Below are positions 20,004-28,952 of a stretch of 36,722 nt of DNA, piece after piece. Every line of letters starts with the position of its first letter. Within the stretch, counting starts at the first letter, position 1. Both the position numbers and the translations under genes were made by a program. Under the pieces are notes generated by a model that saw nothing but the letters and a program-made list of their open reading frames with translations, was not told the DNA's origin and did not search any database. The stretch is from an uncultured Alphaproteobacteria bacterium. Its GTDB lineage: Bacteria > Pseudomonadota > Alphaproteobacteria > Rhodobacterales > Rhodobacteraceae. The stretch is from NCBI GenBank assembly GCA_929200295.1, contig CAKMZE010000001.1, positions 9,808-46,529 of the forward strand, written 5' to 3'.

Positions 20004-20664
20004 GCGTGGCTTTTACCATCTCTTCTGCGAGGGGGATACTCTGTGGTTGTCCGACATCACACCACTTGCCGGTATAGACCGTTCCAAACATTGTGCCCTT
20101 GGCGATTATGCGATCCCAAGCAAGGTTCATTGAATAGGCTTTTTGCTCTGGCAGGGTATCCGTGCGGATCATTTGCACACCTGTATAGACCGCTTGCGCG
20201 CCACGGGTAATCCGGCCCTGCGCGTCAAGATCAAAATCACCCTGCCCCTGATGCCCGATCGCCTGCGCATGGGGGATAAGCAAAGCAAGGCACTCCATCT
20301 CATCGCGCCACTGTGCCAAAAGATGCGCAATGGGGTTGGGGCCTGCCCAAACCGCATCGGCATTCATGGTCAGCACGGGGTTTGTTGCCAGTAAATCGCG
20401 CGCATGCCGCAAGCCACCGCCTGTCTCAAGCAGGTCGTCTTCTTGCGAAAACGTGATGTCCTGCCCTTTGAGATGTGCGCGGATCATCTCAGCTTTGTAA
20501 TGCAGGTTGATGACCCTTTGGCTGACGCCTGTGGTGTCCGTAAGAGCCAGCGCATGATCAATCAATGCGCGCCCGGCGACACGGACCAAGGGTTTGGGTC
20601 GCTCTTGGGTCAGATGGCGCATACGGGTGCCTTTGCCCGCTGCAAAGATCAAAATTGCTGTCAT
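19996..20664 (-). CDS. murU: Nucleotidyltransferase, MurU-like (MurNAc-1-P uridylyltransferase)
   Basis: IFAAGKGTRM..PKPL, LLETGGG, WCDVG. True start ATG 20664 overlaps the upstream stop; paired with an AmgK-like kinase. Confidence 0.75.
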   Translation of the reverse strand: MTAILIFAAGKGTRMRHLTQERPKPLVRVAGRALIDHALALTDTTGVSQRVINLHYKAEMIRAHLKGQDITFSQEDDLLETGGGLRHARDLLATNPVLTMNADAVWAGPNPIAHLLAQWRDEMECLALLIPHAQAIGHQGQGDFDLDAQGRITRGAQAVYTGVQMIRTDTLPEQKAYSMNLAWDRIIAKGTMFGTVYTGKWCDVGQPQSIPLAEEMVKATHV

Positions 20665-21626
20665 AGATATGTCGCCACTGTTGAATTTTGCGGGGCTGGC
20701 AGGTGCTTTGTGACCACAGCGCGCAGCTCGCTTAGCGCAGGATGTGCGAGATCGGTCATGATATGCTGCCAAACACGTGGTAGGAAGGCTGCGTATTTTG
20801 TCTTTTTCTCTTGTTGAATCAGACGCGCAAAAACACCCAGAATACGCAGGTTGCGCTGCGCTGAAAGGCAGGCGCATTGTGCTGTGAATTGCGTATGATC
20901 CTGCCCTGTGCCAGTTGTAAAACGGGTGATCATCTCATCGACAATGTCAGGGGCGACATCGCGGCGTGGGTCGCGCAACAATGACATCAGATCATAGCCA
21001 GCAGGGGCGATCACGGCGTCTTGATAGTCCAGCAGACCGACACGTGCGAGCCCGGTTTTCTGAGCCCGCCAAATCAGGTTTTCTGCATGAAAATCCCGCA
21101 ATGCCACATGCTGTGCGTTAGGGGTGAAGCGTGTCAGCGCTGCATGCATTGCCTGAGTGAGCGCCGTTTGATCTGCGTCATCCGCATAATACTGCGCTGT
21201 AATCGCAATCATCTCTGCCCCGACTTCAGGGGTGAGTTGTTTGAGCCCTTGTGGCGGGGGGATGTGATGCAACGCCACCAAGACATCAACCGCTGCTGTA
21301 TAAAGCATGCGGGTATCTTGTGCATGATTGCGTAGCCAATGTGCAAAATGTGCAGGCCCTAGATCTTCAATCACCAAGACACCCAAAGCGGGCTCTGCAT
21401 GCAATATATCTGGGGCGGCGAGATGTGCCGCGCGCAGAAACCCCGTCAGATCGATAAAGGCCCGCGTTGCCTCACGCGGCTCTGAGCGTGCGTCCATCAA
21501 AATCGCTGTCGCGCCATTCGGCCCCATCAGCCGCGTGTAGTGCCGAGCCGAGGCATCCGCCGCAATCGTCGCGTGTGACCAATCTGCCCAAGCGGTGCGC
21601 GCTAATAGTTTGGAAGCTTGCATCAT
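20661..21626 (-). CDS. amgK: Aminoglycoside phosphotransferase-family anomeric sugar kinase, AmgK-like
   Basis: ADASARHY, IEDLG, RDFHAENL, LDYQDA, QRNLRILGVFARL. ATG 21626 overlaps the tsaE stop. Confidence 0.75.
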   Translation of the reverse strand: MMQASKLLARTAWADWSHATIAADASARHYTRLMGPNGATAILMDARSEPREATRAFIDLTGFLRAAHLAAPDILHAEPALGVLVIEDLGPAHFAHWLRNHAQDTRMLYTAAVDVLVALHHIPPPQGLKQLTPEVGAEMIAITAQYYADDADQTALTQAMHAALTRFTPNAQHVALRDFHAENLIWRAQKTGLARVGLLDYQDAVIAPAGYDLMSLLRDPRRDVAPDIVDEMITRFTTGTGQDHTQFTAQCACLSAQRNLRILGVFARLIQQEKKTKYAAFLPRVWQHIMTDLAHPALSELRAVVTKHLPAPQNSTVATYL

Positions 21627-22087
21627 ATGCAAGCCCTCAAACGATCTGCCCACGCAAGGGGAGGCGTAATCATCATCAGATGCCCGCCGTCCTGCGCCTC
21701 GAGATGTATATTCAGCGCTGTCTGCGGCACCTCATCGCCTAGTCTATCGGGCCATTCGATCAGACAAATGGCCTGTGAAAAAGCATCCTCAAGCCCTAAT
21801 TCAAAGGCCTCGTCAGGATGCGTGAGGCGGTATAAATCCGCGTGCCAAATCTCAACCTGATCTTTGCCTTGGTAGGTCTGCACAAGCGTAAAGGTCGGTG
21901 AGGGGACATCTTCGGCTTGTGCGAGCCGCGCGCGGATGATCGCCCTTGCGGTCACGGATTTCCCAGCGCCGATCTCACCATGCAGCAAAAGCGTGTCACC
22001 TGCGCGCAAGCACAATGCAAATTGTGCCGCCCAGGCGGTGGTGTCTTCTTCGTTTGTGAATAGTTTTGTGAACGGTGCAGCAGTCAT
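21623..22087 (-). CDS. tsaE: tRNA threonylcarbamoyladenosine biosynthesis ATPase TsaE
   Basis: GEIGAGKS, VPSPTFTLVQTY, HADLYRL, LIEWPDRL. Confidence 0.96.
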   Translation of the reverse strand: MTAAPFTKLFTNEEDTTAWAAQFALCLRAGDTLLLHGEIGAGKSVTARAIIRARLAQAEDVPSPTFTLVQTYQGKDQVEIWHADLYRLTHPDEAFELGLEDAFSQAICLIEWPDRLGDEVPQTALNIHLEAQDGGHLMMITPPLAWADRLRACI

Positions 22088-22125
22088 GCACCCAGACTAT
22101 GCCCTAGGCGATCACCTGCAAGCCC

Positions 22126-23706
22126 TTATCTCTTGCCAGCGTGCAGGCTTGGGTCATTTCGTGTTAAAATCTGGATATGTGGCCGCGTCGGGGGTGCGAT
22201 TTCAAACGTCACCATGGTCATACCGCCGGGAATGGGTTTGGCGATACATGTGACTTGGCGTCCATCATCCAAAACAGCCGCATTCGTCCACATGTCGCGC
22301 TCGCCTAATGTCCCGATGAAATCGCGCAGATCTGACCAGATTGCAGATGCTGCGCATTTTTGTGTCCAAATGCGTAGCTCCTGCCGGATATCATTGCGCT
22401 CAATGAGGTTATCAATGGGGAGATCCCACAGCTCTGCATAGGATTTGTTAGACATGACAAGCGTGCCATTTGCCGAAAAAACCGCAATCGCATCAGGCAA
22501 TGTATCCAGCACACTTTGACCCGTTTCAATGTCAGTACGGAACCTGCGAGTGAGCGCCACTTCTGAGCTGATATCCTCAAAGAAAAATGCAAATGCTCCG
22601 TCTGAATGGGGTTTGCCGCTTACCCGATATGTCAGCCCATCAGGTAGATTCCAATGCTCGCTATAACTGCCCTTGCGCGCGGCATTCTCGAGCGCTTTGA
22701 ATTGTTCACGCCAGTTGCTGTAATTTTTGGGTTCTGGCAGCAGGCGCAATTCGCGCAAATGATCCAAGAACATATCGACAGTGGGGCGCGCGCTCAAAAA
22801 CTCTGGACTGGCATGTGTCAACTCGATCAAAGCGGGATTAAAGATCGCAAGCTGGCGTTTGTGATCAAAAATAGCGAGACCGATTGAAAGGTGCGCAAAT
22901 GTTTTACTGAGCGTTTGCAATAGCTTATTACGTGACTGCTCTGCCAATACCGCATTGTCAGCGCTGGTCGCAAAATGCAGCGTCGTATCACCATCCCGCA
23001 GCGACGTGATATCATACCAGCTGTCTGTCTTTTGCTCTGGCATTTTGAGCGAGACGCGCCGCTGCAACGGCTTTGTCTCGGGGACGCCGTGATGCAAATC
23101 TTCAAACAACGGTTTGTCTGGCCAGGATGCAAAGGGTTTGTCGGCCTGCTTTAACATCCAATCTGATGTTGCAAGATACGCGTGATTTGCCCAAAGCAGC
23201 TTGCCTTCTGGGTCCTGCTGCCAAATCTGCTGTGGCGTATATTCTGCCACAGTGCGCAAAAATGTCAGCTCTTTGACCATCGCGCTTTGCACGGCGTGAT
23301 CGCTGAATGTGGTGTTTGCCTCACCTTGTGAGCCATGCAGTGCGATGCGCCTGCGGCCCTTGATTTCGGTCAGTTCGATCCACATTTGGCTATCATCGGC
23401 GGGCAGGACCCGCATTGATTTACCCTGTTCAAGCGTAGGAAACCTGTCGCGGAAGATAAAGAACACCGCCTGACGCGCGGTCATTTTGCGTGGGGCCGCC
23501 GAAATCAACAGGCGCGCATCAGATGTCGCATCAATCAATTCATCACCGTCTAGTAAAAAGGTCGGTGCGAAATTGGCTTGCTTACGGCGTATAAGATACC
23601 GCTCAGATACTTGGCTGAAGCCCCAGACACAAACGGCAACAGCGCTTGCGCCGGCGATTGCGAGTATCAGAATTGCGAAAATTTCAAAGGTGCTTAGAGC
23701 TAACAT
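22126..23706 (-). CDS. divL: Membrane-anchored multi-PAS protein without kinase domain, Rhodobacter-type DivL homolog
   Basis: N-terminal TM helix and PAS-like repeats (LLWANHAY, GLAIFD..LAIFNPA, AIAVFS..LVMSN), with no H-box or ATPase domain. It lies next to regB, as I recall for the truncated R. capsulatus divL. Start is ATG 23706 or GTG 23715. Confidence 0.7.
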   Translation of the reverse strand: MLALSTFEIFAILILAIAGASAVAVCVWGFSQVSERYLIRRKQANFAPTFLLDGDELIDATSDARLLISAAPRKMTARQAVFFIFRDRFPTLEQGKSMRVLPADDSQMWIELTEIKGRRRIALHGSQGEANTTFSDHAVQSAMVKELTFLRTVAEYTPQQIWQQDPEGKLLWANHAYLATSDWMLKQADKPFASWPDKPLFEDLHHGVPETKPLQRRVSLKMPEQKTDSWYDITSLRDGDTTLHFATSADNAVLAEQSRNKLLQTLSKTFAHLSIGLAIFDHKRQLAIFNPALIELTHASPEFLSARPTVDMFLDHLRELRLLPEPKNYSNWREQFKALENAARKGSYSEHWNLPDGLTYRVSGKPHSDGAFAFFFEDISSEVALTRRFRTDIETGQSVLDTLPDAIAVFSANGTLVMSNKSYAELWDLPIDNLIERNDIRQELRIWTQKCAASAIWSDLRDFIGTLGERDMWTNAAVLDDGRQVTCIAKPIPGGMTMVTFEIAPPTRPHIQILTRNDPSLHAGKR

Positions 23707-23755
23707 AAGTGACACATTCTATATAGCCTACGAAAGCCGACTATCTGAATAGAAC

Positions 23756-23772
23756 GTTAACAGTACGTAAAC
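23756..23772 (-). promoter_or_regulatory. CtrA-box-like site upstream of divL
   Basis: Minus strand TTTA-cgtactg-TTAAC, one mismatch from TTAA-N7-TTAAC; overlaps the hairpin AACAGTAC..GTACTGTT (23759-23786). Confidence 0.55.
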
Positions 23773-23787
23773 TTTGCGGTACTGTTC

Positions 23788-25170
23788 TCAAGTAAACCGC
23801 TGATTTTCTTCTAAAGCATCAAAGGTTCTGTGCGCACTATAGCGGCCTTGGGTATCTTGCCAGCTTACAGTAACGATTGCGCTGCTAGTTTTACCAAAAT
23901 GTCGTCCGTTGGCAAAATGGAGCTTTGCCCCTGATCGCTCAAGCAGGGTTTTAGCGATAAAGAGCCCCAGCCCCATGCCGTGATATCCCGGCCTACGATG
24001 CTGCTCTGAAAACGGCCTGTTATGGACAAAGGGATCGCCAATGCGCCCAAGAATATGCACAGGAAACCCAGGCCCATCATCGGCGATCTGCACTGTGACC
24101 GTGTCTTTGGTCCAAGTGATATCAACCTCGACCCGGTCACGGGCGAAATCTACAGCGTTTTGAATGAGATTGCGCAAACCATGTACGATCTCGGGGCTGC
24201 GCATGATAATCGGCTGTGGCACGATATCGTCGCCCTCTGGGGCAACATCGAACAGAACTGATTTGCCACGATTTAAATGTGGTTCTGCTGCCTCGTGGAC
24301 AACGGTTTCAATCGGCGCGCGCTTGAGGTGCTGATCGTTTTTTCCCGCGCTCCCCATTGAGCGCAAGATATCACGGCATCTGTCGGTCTCTTGTCGGATC
24401 AAAGCCACATCCTCAAGAGCATCTGGTTTATCCACAAGATCCTGCATCAATTCACTGCTCACAAGCTTGATCGTCGCCAGAGGTGTGCCAAGCTCATGCG
24501 CTGTTGCGGCAACAACGCCGCCTAAGTCACTTAGCTTTTGTGCCCGTGACAGGGCCAACTGGGTCGCAAGCAACGCATCGCTCATTACATGCATTTCAAC
24601 GGTCACTTGCCGCGCATAAATCGCCAAAAAGACCATGCCAATATTAAGTGCGAGCCAAAACCCAAACTGAAACAGCATAGGCAAGTCAAGCGCCACACCA
24701 GATGCTGTCACAAGCGGAATATAGACCTGCGCGAGGATCGTATTGAGAATAATCGCCAAACCGCCCAAAATCACAGTGCTGCGCACATGCAAGACCGTTG
24801 CAGCAATCGTAACCGGCGCAAGTATGAGCATCGCAAAGGGGTTATTCAGCCCGCCCGTCAGATAAAGTAGCACCGCCAACTGAGATATATCGAAGAGTAA
24901 AATGAAAAACGCTTCGCGCTCTGATAGCCTGCGGTTTCTGGGGTAGAGAAAGCCGAATATGATATTCGCAAGAACCGAACATCCGATCACAAGCGCGATC
25001 CAGCCTGTTTCCAGTGCGATGTGATAGATTTGAACCGCGACAATAATCGCAACGCTTTGCCCTGCAATCGCATACCAGCGCAAAACGACAAGCGTTTGCA
25101 ATCGTACCCAATTGCTACGTTGCTGGTCTTTGAATAGCTCAGAACTTGCGTCTTGGTTTGTATCAGTCAC
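23788..25170 (-). CDS. regB: Redox-sensing histidine kinase RegB/PrrB
   Basis: About 6 TM segments, quinone-binding GGLNNPF, H-box AHELGTPL, redox Cys in DRCRDIL, NLIQNA, DDGPGF, GMGLGLFIA. Confidence 0.95.
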   Translation of the reverse strand: MTDTNQDASSELFKDQQRSNWVRLQTLVVLRWYAIAGQSVAIIVAVQIYHIALETGWIALVIGCSVLANIIFGFLYPRNRRLSEREAFFILLFDISQLAVLLYLTGGLNNPFAMLILAPVTIAATVLHVRSTVILGGLAIILNTILAQVYIPLVTASGVALDLPMLFQFGFWLALNIGMVFLAIYARQVTVEMHVMSDALLATQLALSRAQKLSDLGGVVAATAHELGTPLATIKLVSSELMQDLVDKPDALEDVALIRQETDRCRDILRSMGSAGKNDQHLKRAPIETVVHEAAEPHLNRGKSVLFDVAPEGDDIVPQPIIMRSPEIVHGLRNLIQNAVDFARDRVEVDITWTKDTVTVQIADDGPGFPVHILGRIGDPFVHNRPFSEQHRRPGYHGMGLGLFIAKTLLERSGAKLHFANGRHFGKTSSAIVTVSWQDTQGRYSAHRTFDALEENQRFT

Positions 25171-25268
25171 TGCGGTCTCACAAAGATGTCATCTACCTGC
25201 GGCAGTTCGTGTTATTGTTATCCGGGCCATATTAAGGGATCAACGGCACAATTATAAGGAGCAACACT

Positions 25269-25880
25269 ATGTCACAGACATTTGCACGTGCCGCTATCGC
25301 TGTTGTTGTCGTGGGGGTGGGCGCGACATTTGCTGTCACACATCTCGCCAAACGTGATGCCTTTGGTATTTGCGAAGATACAAATGTTGCAGGCGGTGAC
25401 ATTGGTGGCCCCTTCACCCTGATCGATAAGAGCGGGACAAGCGTGACAGATGCAGATGTCATCACAGAACCGACGTTGATTTACTTTGGCTATACGTTTT
25501 GCCCTGATTTCTGCCCAATGGATATGGCACGCAATGCGCTCGCCGTGGATTTACTTGCTGAGCAGGGTGTTAGTGCCACGCCAGTGTTTATCAGCATTGA
25601 CCCCGCGCGCGACACACCCGAGGTGGTTGGGGAATTTGCCGCAAATTTTCATGATAAAGCGATTGGCTTAACTGGCTCAGAAGAACAGGTCGCGGCCGCA
25701 TCCCGCGCATACCGCACGTTCTATAAAAAACAAGATGATGACCCCGAATATTATTTGGTCCAGCACACCACCTTTAGCTATTTGACACTGCCAGACCATG
25801 GATTTGTAACCTTCTTTCGACAGGATGCACCCGCCGAAGATGTGGCAAAATCTGTAGCGTGTTTTGCTGCGGCAGTTTGA
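25269..25880 (+). CDS. senC: SCO-family copper chaperone SenC/PrrC
   Basis: YFGYTFCPDFCP (CxxxC), ISIDPARDT and a conserved His; located between regB and regA. Confidence 0.93.
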   Translation: MSQTFARAAIAVVVVGVGATFAVTHLAKRDAFGICEDTNVAGGDIGGPFTLIDKSGTSVTDADVITEPTLIYFGYTFCPDFCPMDMARNALAVDLLAEQGVSATPVFISIDPARDTPEVVGEFAANFHDKAIGLTGSEEQVAAASRAYRTFYKKQDDDPEYYLVQHTTFSYLTLPDHGFVTFFRQDAPAEDVAKSVACFAAAV

Positions 25881-25941
25881 ACAATTTGAAAAACACATAT
25901 TTGGCGCTAGTATTTGAGTGAGTAACCTCAAAGGACGCAAC

Positions 25942-26493
25942 ATGACGTCAGCGGCACTTGATCTTGGCCCGGATCCAACCCTCTTGTTGGTTGATGATGA
26001 CGAGGCCTTTTTAAAACGCCTTGCAAAAGCAATGGAAAAGCGTGGTTTCCAAGTTGAGACGGCCGAAAGCGTGGCCGCGGGCAAAGCCATCGCCACAGCG
26101 CGACCGGCCGCTTACGCGGTTGTGGATTTGCGGCTCAAGGATGGAAACGGGCTTGATGTGGTTGAAACCCTGCGCGCGCGCAGGCCCGAAAGCCGGATCG
26201 TTGTTTTGACAGGCTACGGTGCTATCGCGACAGCGGTGGCCGCTGTTAAAATCGGGGCAACCGATTATTTGGCCAAGCCTGCGGATGCAACAGATGTGAC
26301 CAATGCATTGCTCGCCCATGAGGGCGAATTACCCCCGCCGCCCGAAAACCCGATGAGCGCAGACCGTGTGCGCTGGGAACATATCCAGCGTGTCTATGAG
26401 ATGTGCGATCGGAATGTGTCAGAGACCGCACGCAGGCTCAGCATGCACAGACGCACCTTGCAACGGATCCTCGCTAAACGCAGCCCGCGCTAG
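25942..26493 (+). CDS. regA: Response regulator RegA/PrrA
   Basis: Receiver domain plus PPPPENPMSADRVRWEHIQRVYEMCDRNVSETARRLSMHRRTLQRILAKRSPR; ATG 25942 with AAGGA RBS. Confidence 0.97.
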   Translation: MTSAALDLGPDPTLLLVDDDEAFLKRLAKAMEKRGFQVETAESVAAGKAIATARPAAYAVVDLRLKDGNGLDVVETLRARRPESRIVVLTGYGAIATAVAAVKIGATDYLAKPADATDVTNALLAHEGELPPPPENPMSADRVRWEHIQRVYEMCDRNVSETARRLSMHRRTLQRILAKRSPR

Positions 26494-27359
26494 GCTTGCG
26501 CCAATATCCATTTGCGGAATGTGGTGACTTTGGCCGCTGGCACACCGGGAAGCGTGACAACATAATACCCTAGGCCGGGGTGCTTTTCTATTTGCAAAGC
26601 AATCAGTTTACCTTGGGCAATATCATCCGCGACCAAGGCCAATGACATCACTGTCGCGCCGCCACCTGCGCGCACAGCTGAGAGGACCATGTTTAATGTC
26701 GGTAGCTCTTTGACCTGACAACATGCAAACTCTGTCACATTCTCTTCGGCCCATTTCCGATGCGCCTGATGCACCCGTTCAAACAACCAAAGTGCCTTTG
26801 TCAGTTCAGAAACACAGGCTGTCTGCGGGTCATCAAATAATGTGGGTGCAGCAACAACTGCATAATCTGCGGGCACTAGAAATGCCGCGTCAACCCCGGG
26901 CCAATCGCCTAGGCCATAGCGAATAGCGAGATCAAACCCATCGCGCCGCAAATCGACAACAGCATTATCTGGGGTAATGGACACGGTGATCTCTGGATGT
27001 GTTTCCCAAAAGCTGGGTAGCTTGGGCATAAGCCAGTTTTCAGCAAAGCTAGGCGTCATACTGAGCTTAAGCGGGCTGCTTGCTGCATCATTCGCAACTT
27101 GCTGCACCCCTGAAATAATATGCCCAAACCCTTCGGCCAGTGCGGCTGCTAGGGTTTCTCCGTTTTCGGTCAGCTGCATGGTTTTTCCAACCCGCACCAT
27201 CAGTGATTGCCCCAATTGGGTTTCAATGGCGCGCACGTGCTGTGCAATGGCGGCGTGTGTCACATTCAGCGCACGCGCTGCCGCACTAAAAGAGCCCGTC
27301 CGCGCACAAGCATCAAACGCCCGCAAAGCCGCAAGCGAGGGGATGTCACGCCATTCCAT
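26490..27359 (-). CDS. LysR family regulator (GcvA/AmpR-like subgroup)
   Basis: PSLAALRAF..GSFSAAARALNVTHAAIAQHVR, PSFAENWLMP, DLAIRYG..WPG. Start is ATG 27359 or TTG 27371. Confidence 0.92.
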   Translation of the reverse strand: MEWRDIPSLAALRAFDACARTGSFSAAARALNVTHAAIAQHVRAIETQLGQSLMVRVGKTMQLTENGETLAAALAEGFGHIISGVQQVANDAASSPLKLSMTPSFAENWLMPKLPSFWETHPEITVSITPDNAVVDLRRDGFDLAIRYGLGDWPGVDAAFLVPADYAVVAAPTLFDDPQTACVSELTKALWLFERVHQAHRKWAEENVTEFACCQVKELPTLNMVLSAVRAGGGATVMSLALVADDIAQGKLIALQIEKHPGLGYYVVTLPGVPAAKVTTFRKWILAQA

Positions 27360-27464
27360 ATGAAAGCTCAACTAACATATGGGAATTCTTACTGATTGGA
27401 TTTCAGAAATCAACCTATGTAAATAAAGGATATCGATATTCATTCACTCAGAAAGGTCATAGCC

Positions 27465-27629
27465 ATGCTTTCAATATTCGCAGATATGTTTAAGACAGCT
27501 TCCCGGTCAAACTGGGATGCTCCTATCCACTGGAAATTAGACGAAACCCGTAAATCAGCATCGCAACAGCAACGCGAAGCAGACGAATGGCGCCGCCGGG
27601 CGCTGCGTGATGTTGGGATGCTGCGGTAA
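27465..27629 (+). CDS. Small hypothetical protein, 54 aa (below the ORF-track cutoff)
   Basis: MLSIFADMFKTASRSNWDAPIHWKLDETRKSASQQQREADEWRRRALRDVGMLR*; GAAAGG RBS 8 nt upstream; divergent from the LysR; followed by a strong hairpin. Confidence 0.7.
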   Translation: MLSIFADMFKTASRSNWDAPIHWKLDETRKSASQQQREADEWRRRALRDVGMLR

Positions 27630-27661
27630 ATTCTGCAAAACACCCATAGGCGAGAATAAAG

Positions 27662-27700
27662 CATCAGGCCCGGTGACCCTACCGGGCCTGATGTTGTTTC
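27662..27700 (+). terminator. Strong hairpin/terminator after the small ORF
   Basis: CATCAGGCCCGGT-N6-ACCGGGCCTGATG (13-bp perfect stem) followed by TTGTTT. Confidence 0.75.
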
Positions 27701-27722
27701 ATGAACCCAAAGATCAATTTAA

Positions 27723-27736
27723 TGCAACCGGTTGCA
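27723..27736. promoter_or_regulatory. LacI-type operator TGCAACCGGTTGCA, copy 1
   Basis: Perfect 14-bp palindrome with central CG, upstream of the sugar ABC operon; repeated at 35431-35446. Confidence 0.8.
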
Positions 27737-27985
27737 AAATTGAATGCAACAGCTAGAGTAATGTCAGAAATAACCAAAGAAGCGGTCCGAATCATCGCAA
27801 TATATCCGCGCGATACGTGATGTTTGGCCGGTTTTTGGATCTGCTGTAGGGAGGCAGATTTCACATCTTCATGCATGCTGCATCGGCGCAATCCGCGCTG
27901 GGCAGGATGTGATGAGCGAACGGCCTCAGTCGAGGTCCCGGCATTGATCAATCGTGCGCCGGGCACGATATTTGGGAGGAATAAA

Positions 27986-28924
27986 ATGAAAAAGATTCTT
28001 TTGGCCGCTGGCCTAACAACGCTGATGGGCACGACTGCTATTGCAGAGATGCAAATCGGTGTGTCTGTTGCGCGTTTTGACGACAACGGTCTGACAGTGA
28101 TGCGGAACGGCATGACTGCATTTGACGAAGCAAATGACGACGTCGCACTGCAGGTCGAAGATGCGACCGATGATGTGGCCAAGCAGCTTGACCAGATCAA
28201 CAACTTCATCGCGTCAGGCGTTGATGCGATCATCGTGAACGCGGTTGACACAAACGCAACCGAAGCGATGTCAAATGCCGCAGCATCTGCTGGTGTGCCA
28301 TTGGTTTACGTCAACCGTCAGCCAATCAACATGGACACATTGCCAGACGGTCAGGCATTCGTTGCATCAAACGAGATCGAGTCTGGTACATTGGCTGCGT
28401 TCCAGATGTGCCGCCTGCTGCGCGCTGAGGGTAAATCTGGCGGTGCGACTGCATATGTTCTCGTGGGTCAGCTCTCTAACCAAGCGGCTGTTCAGCGGAC
28501 CAAAGACTTCCATGACGTGATCGGCATGGACATGTGTAACTTTATCACCATCATCGACGAGCAGACAGCGAACTGGTCACGTGACGAAGCCAACGACCTG
28601 ATGACAAACTGGATCTCTTCTGGTGAGGAATTCGACGCGGTCTTTGGTAACAACGACGAGATGGCATTGGGTGCTATTCAAGCGATGAAAGCCGCTGGCA
28701 TCTCAATGGATGATGTTGTGGTTGGTGGTGTTGACGCGACATCTGACGCGCTGCTCTCTATGGCATCTGGCGAGATGGACGTCACAGTGTTCCAGGATCT
28801 TGCAGGTCAGGGCGCGGGCTCAATCCAGACAGCGATGGCACTGGCAAATGGCGAAAGCGTCGACAAGACAGTCTTTATCCCATTCAAGCTGGTCACACCT
28901 GATAACCTGGCTGATTTCCAGTAA
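27986..28924 (+). CDS. Sugar (probably inositol) ABC transporter substrate-binding protein, RbsB-type
   Basis: Signal peptide MKKILLAAGL..AIA; IGVSVARFDDN, QINNFIASGVDAIIVN, PLVYVNRQP, NNDEMALGA; GGAGG RBS; iol gene context. Confidence 0.88.
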   Translation: MKKILLAAGLTTLMGTTAIAEMQIGVSVARFDDNGLTVMRNGMTAFDEANDDVALQVEDATDDVAKQLDQINNFIASGVDAIIVNAVDTNATEAMSNAAASAGVPLVYVNRQPINMDTLPDGQAFVASNEIESGTLAAFQMCRLLRAEGKSGGATAYVLVGQLSNQAAVQRTKDFHDVIGMDMCNFITIIDEQTANWSRDEANDLMTNWISSGEEFDAVFGNNDEMALGAIQAMKAAGISMDDVVVGGVDATSDALLSMASGEMDVTVFQDLAGQGAGSIQTAMALANGESVDKTVFIPFKLVTPDNLADFQ

Positions 28925-28952
28925 ATCACCCGGTTTTACGGATAAATGCAAT

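Noticed and set aside
20661-21626. Aminoglycoside resistance gene
   Set aside because: APH fold, but motifs and position between tsaE and a nucleotidyltransferase indicate a housekeeping AmgK-like kinase.
27440-27664. 74-aa minus-strand ORF in the track
   Set aside because: Antisense to the better supported 54-aa plus-strand ORF, which has an RBS and terminator.
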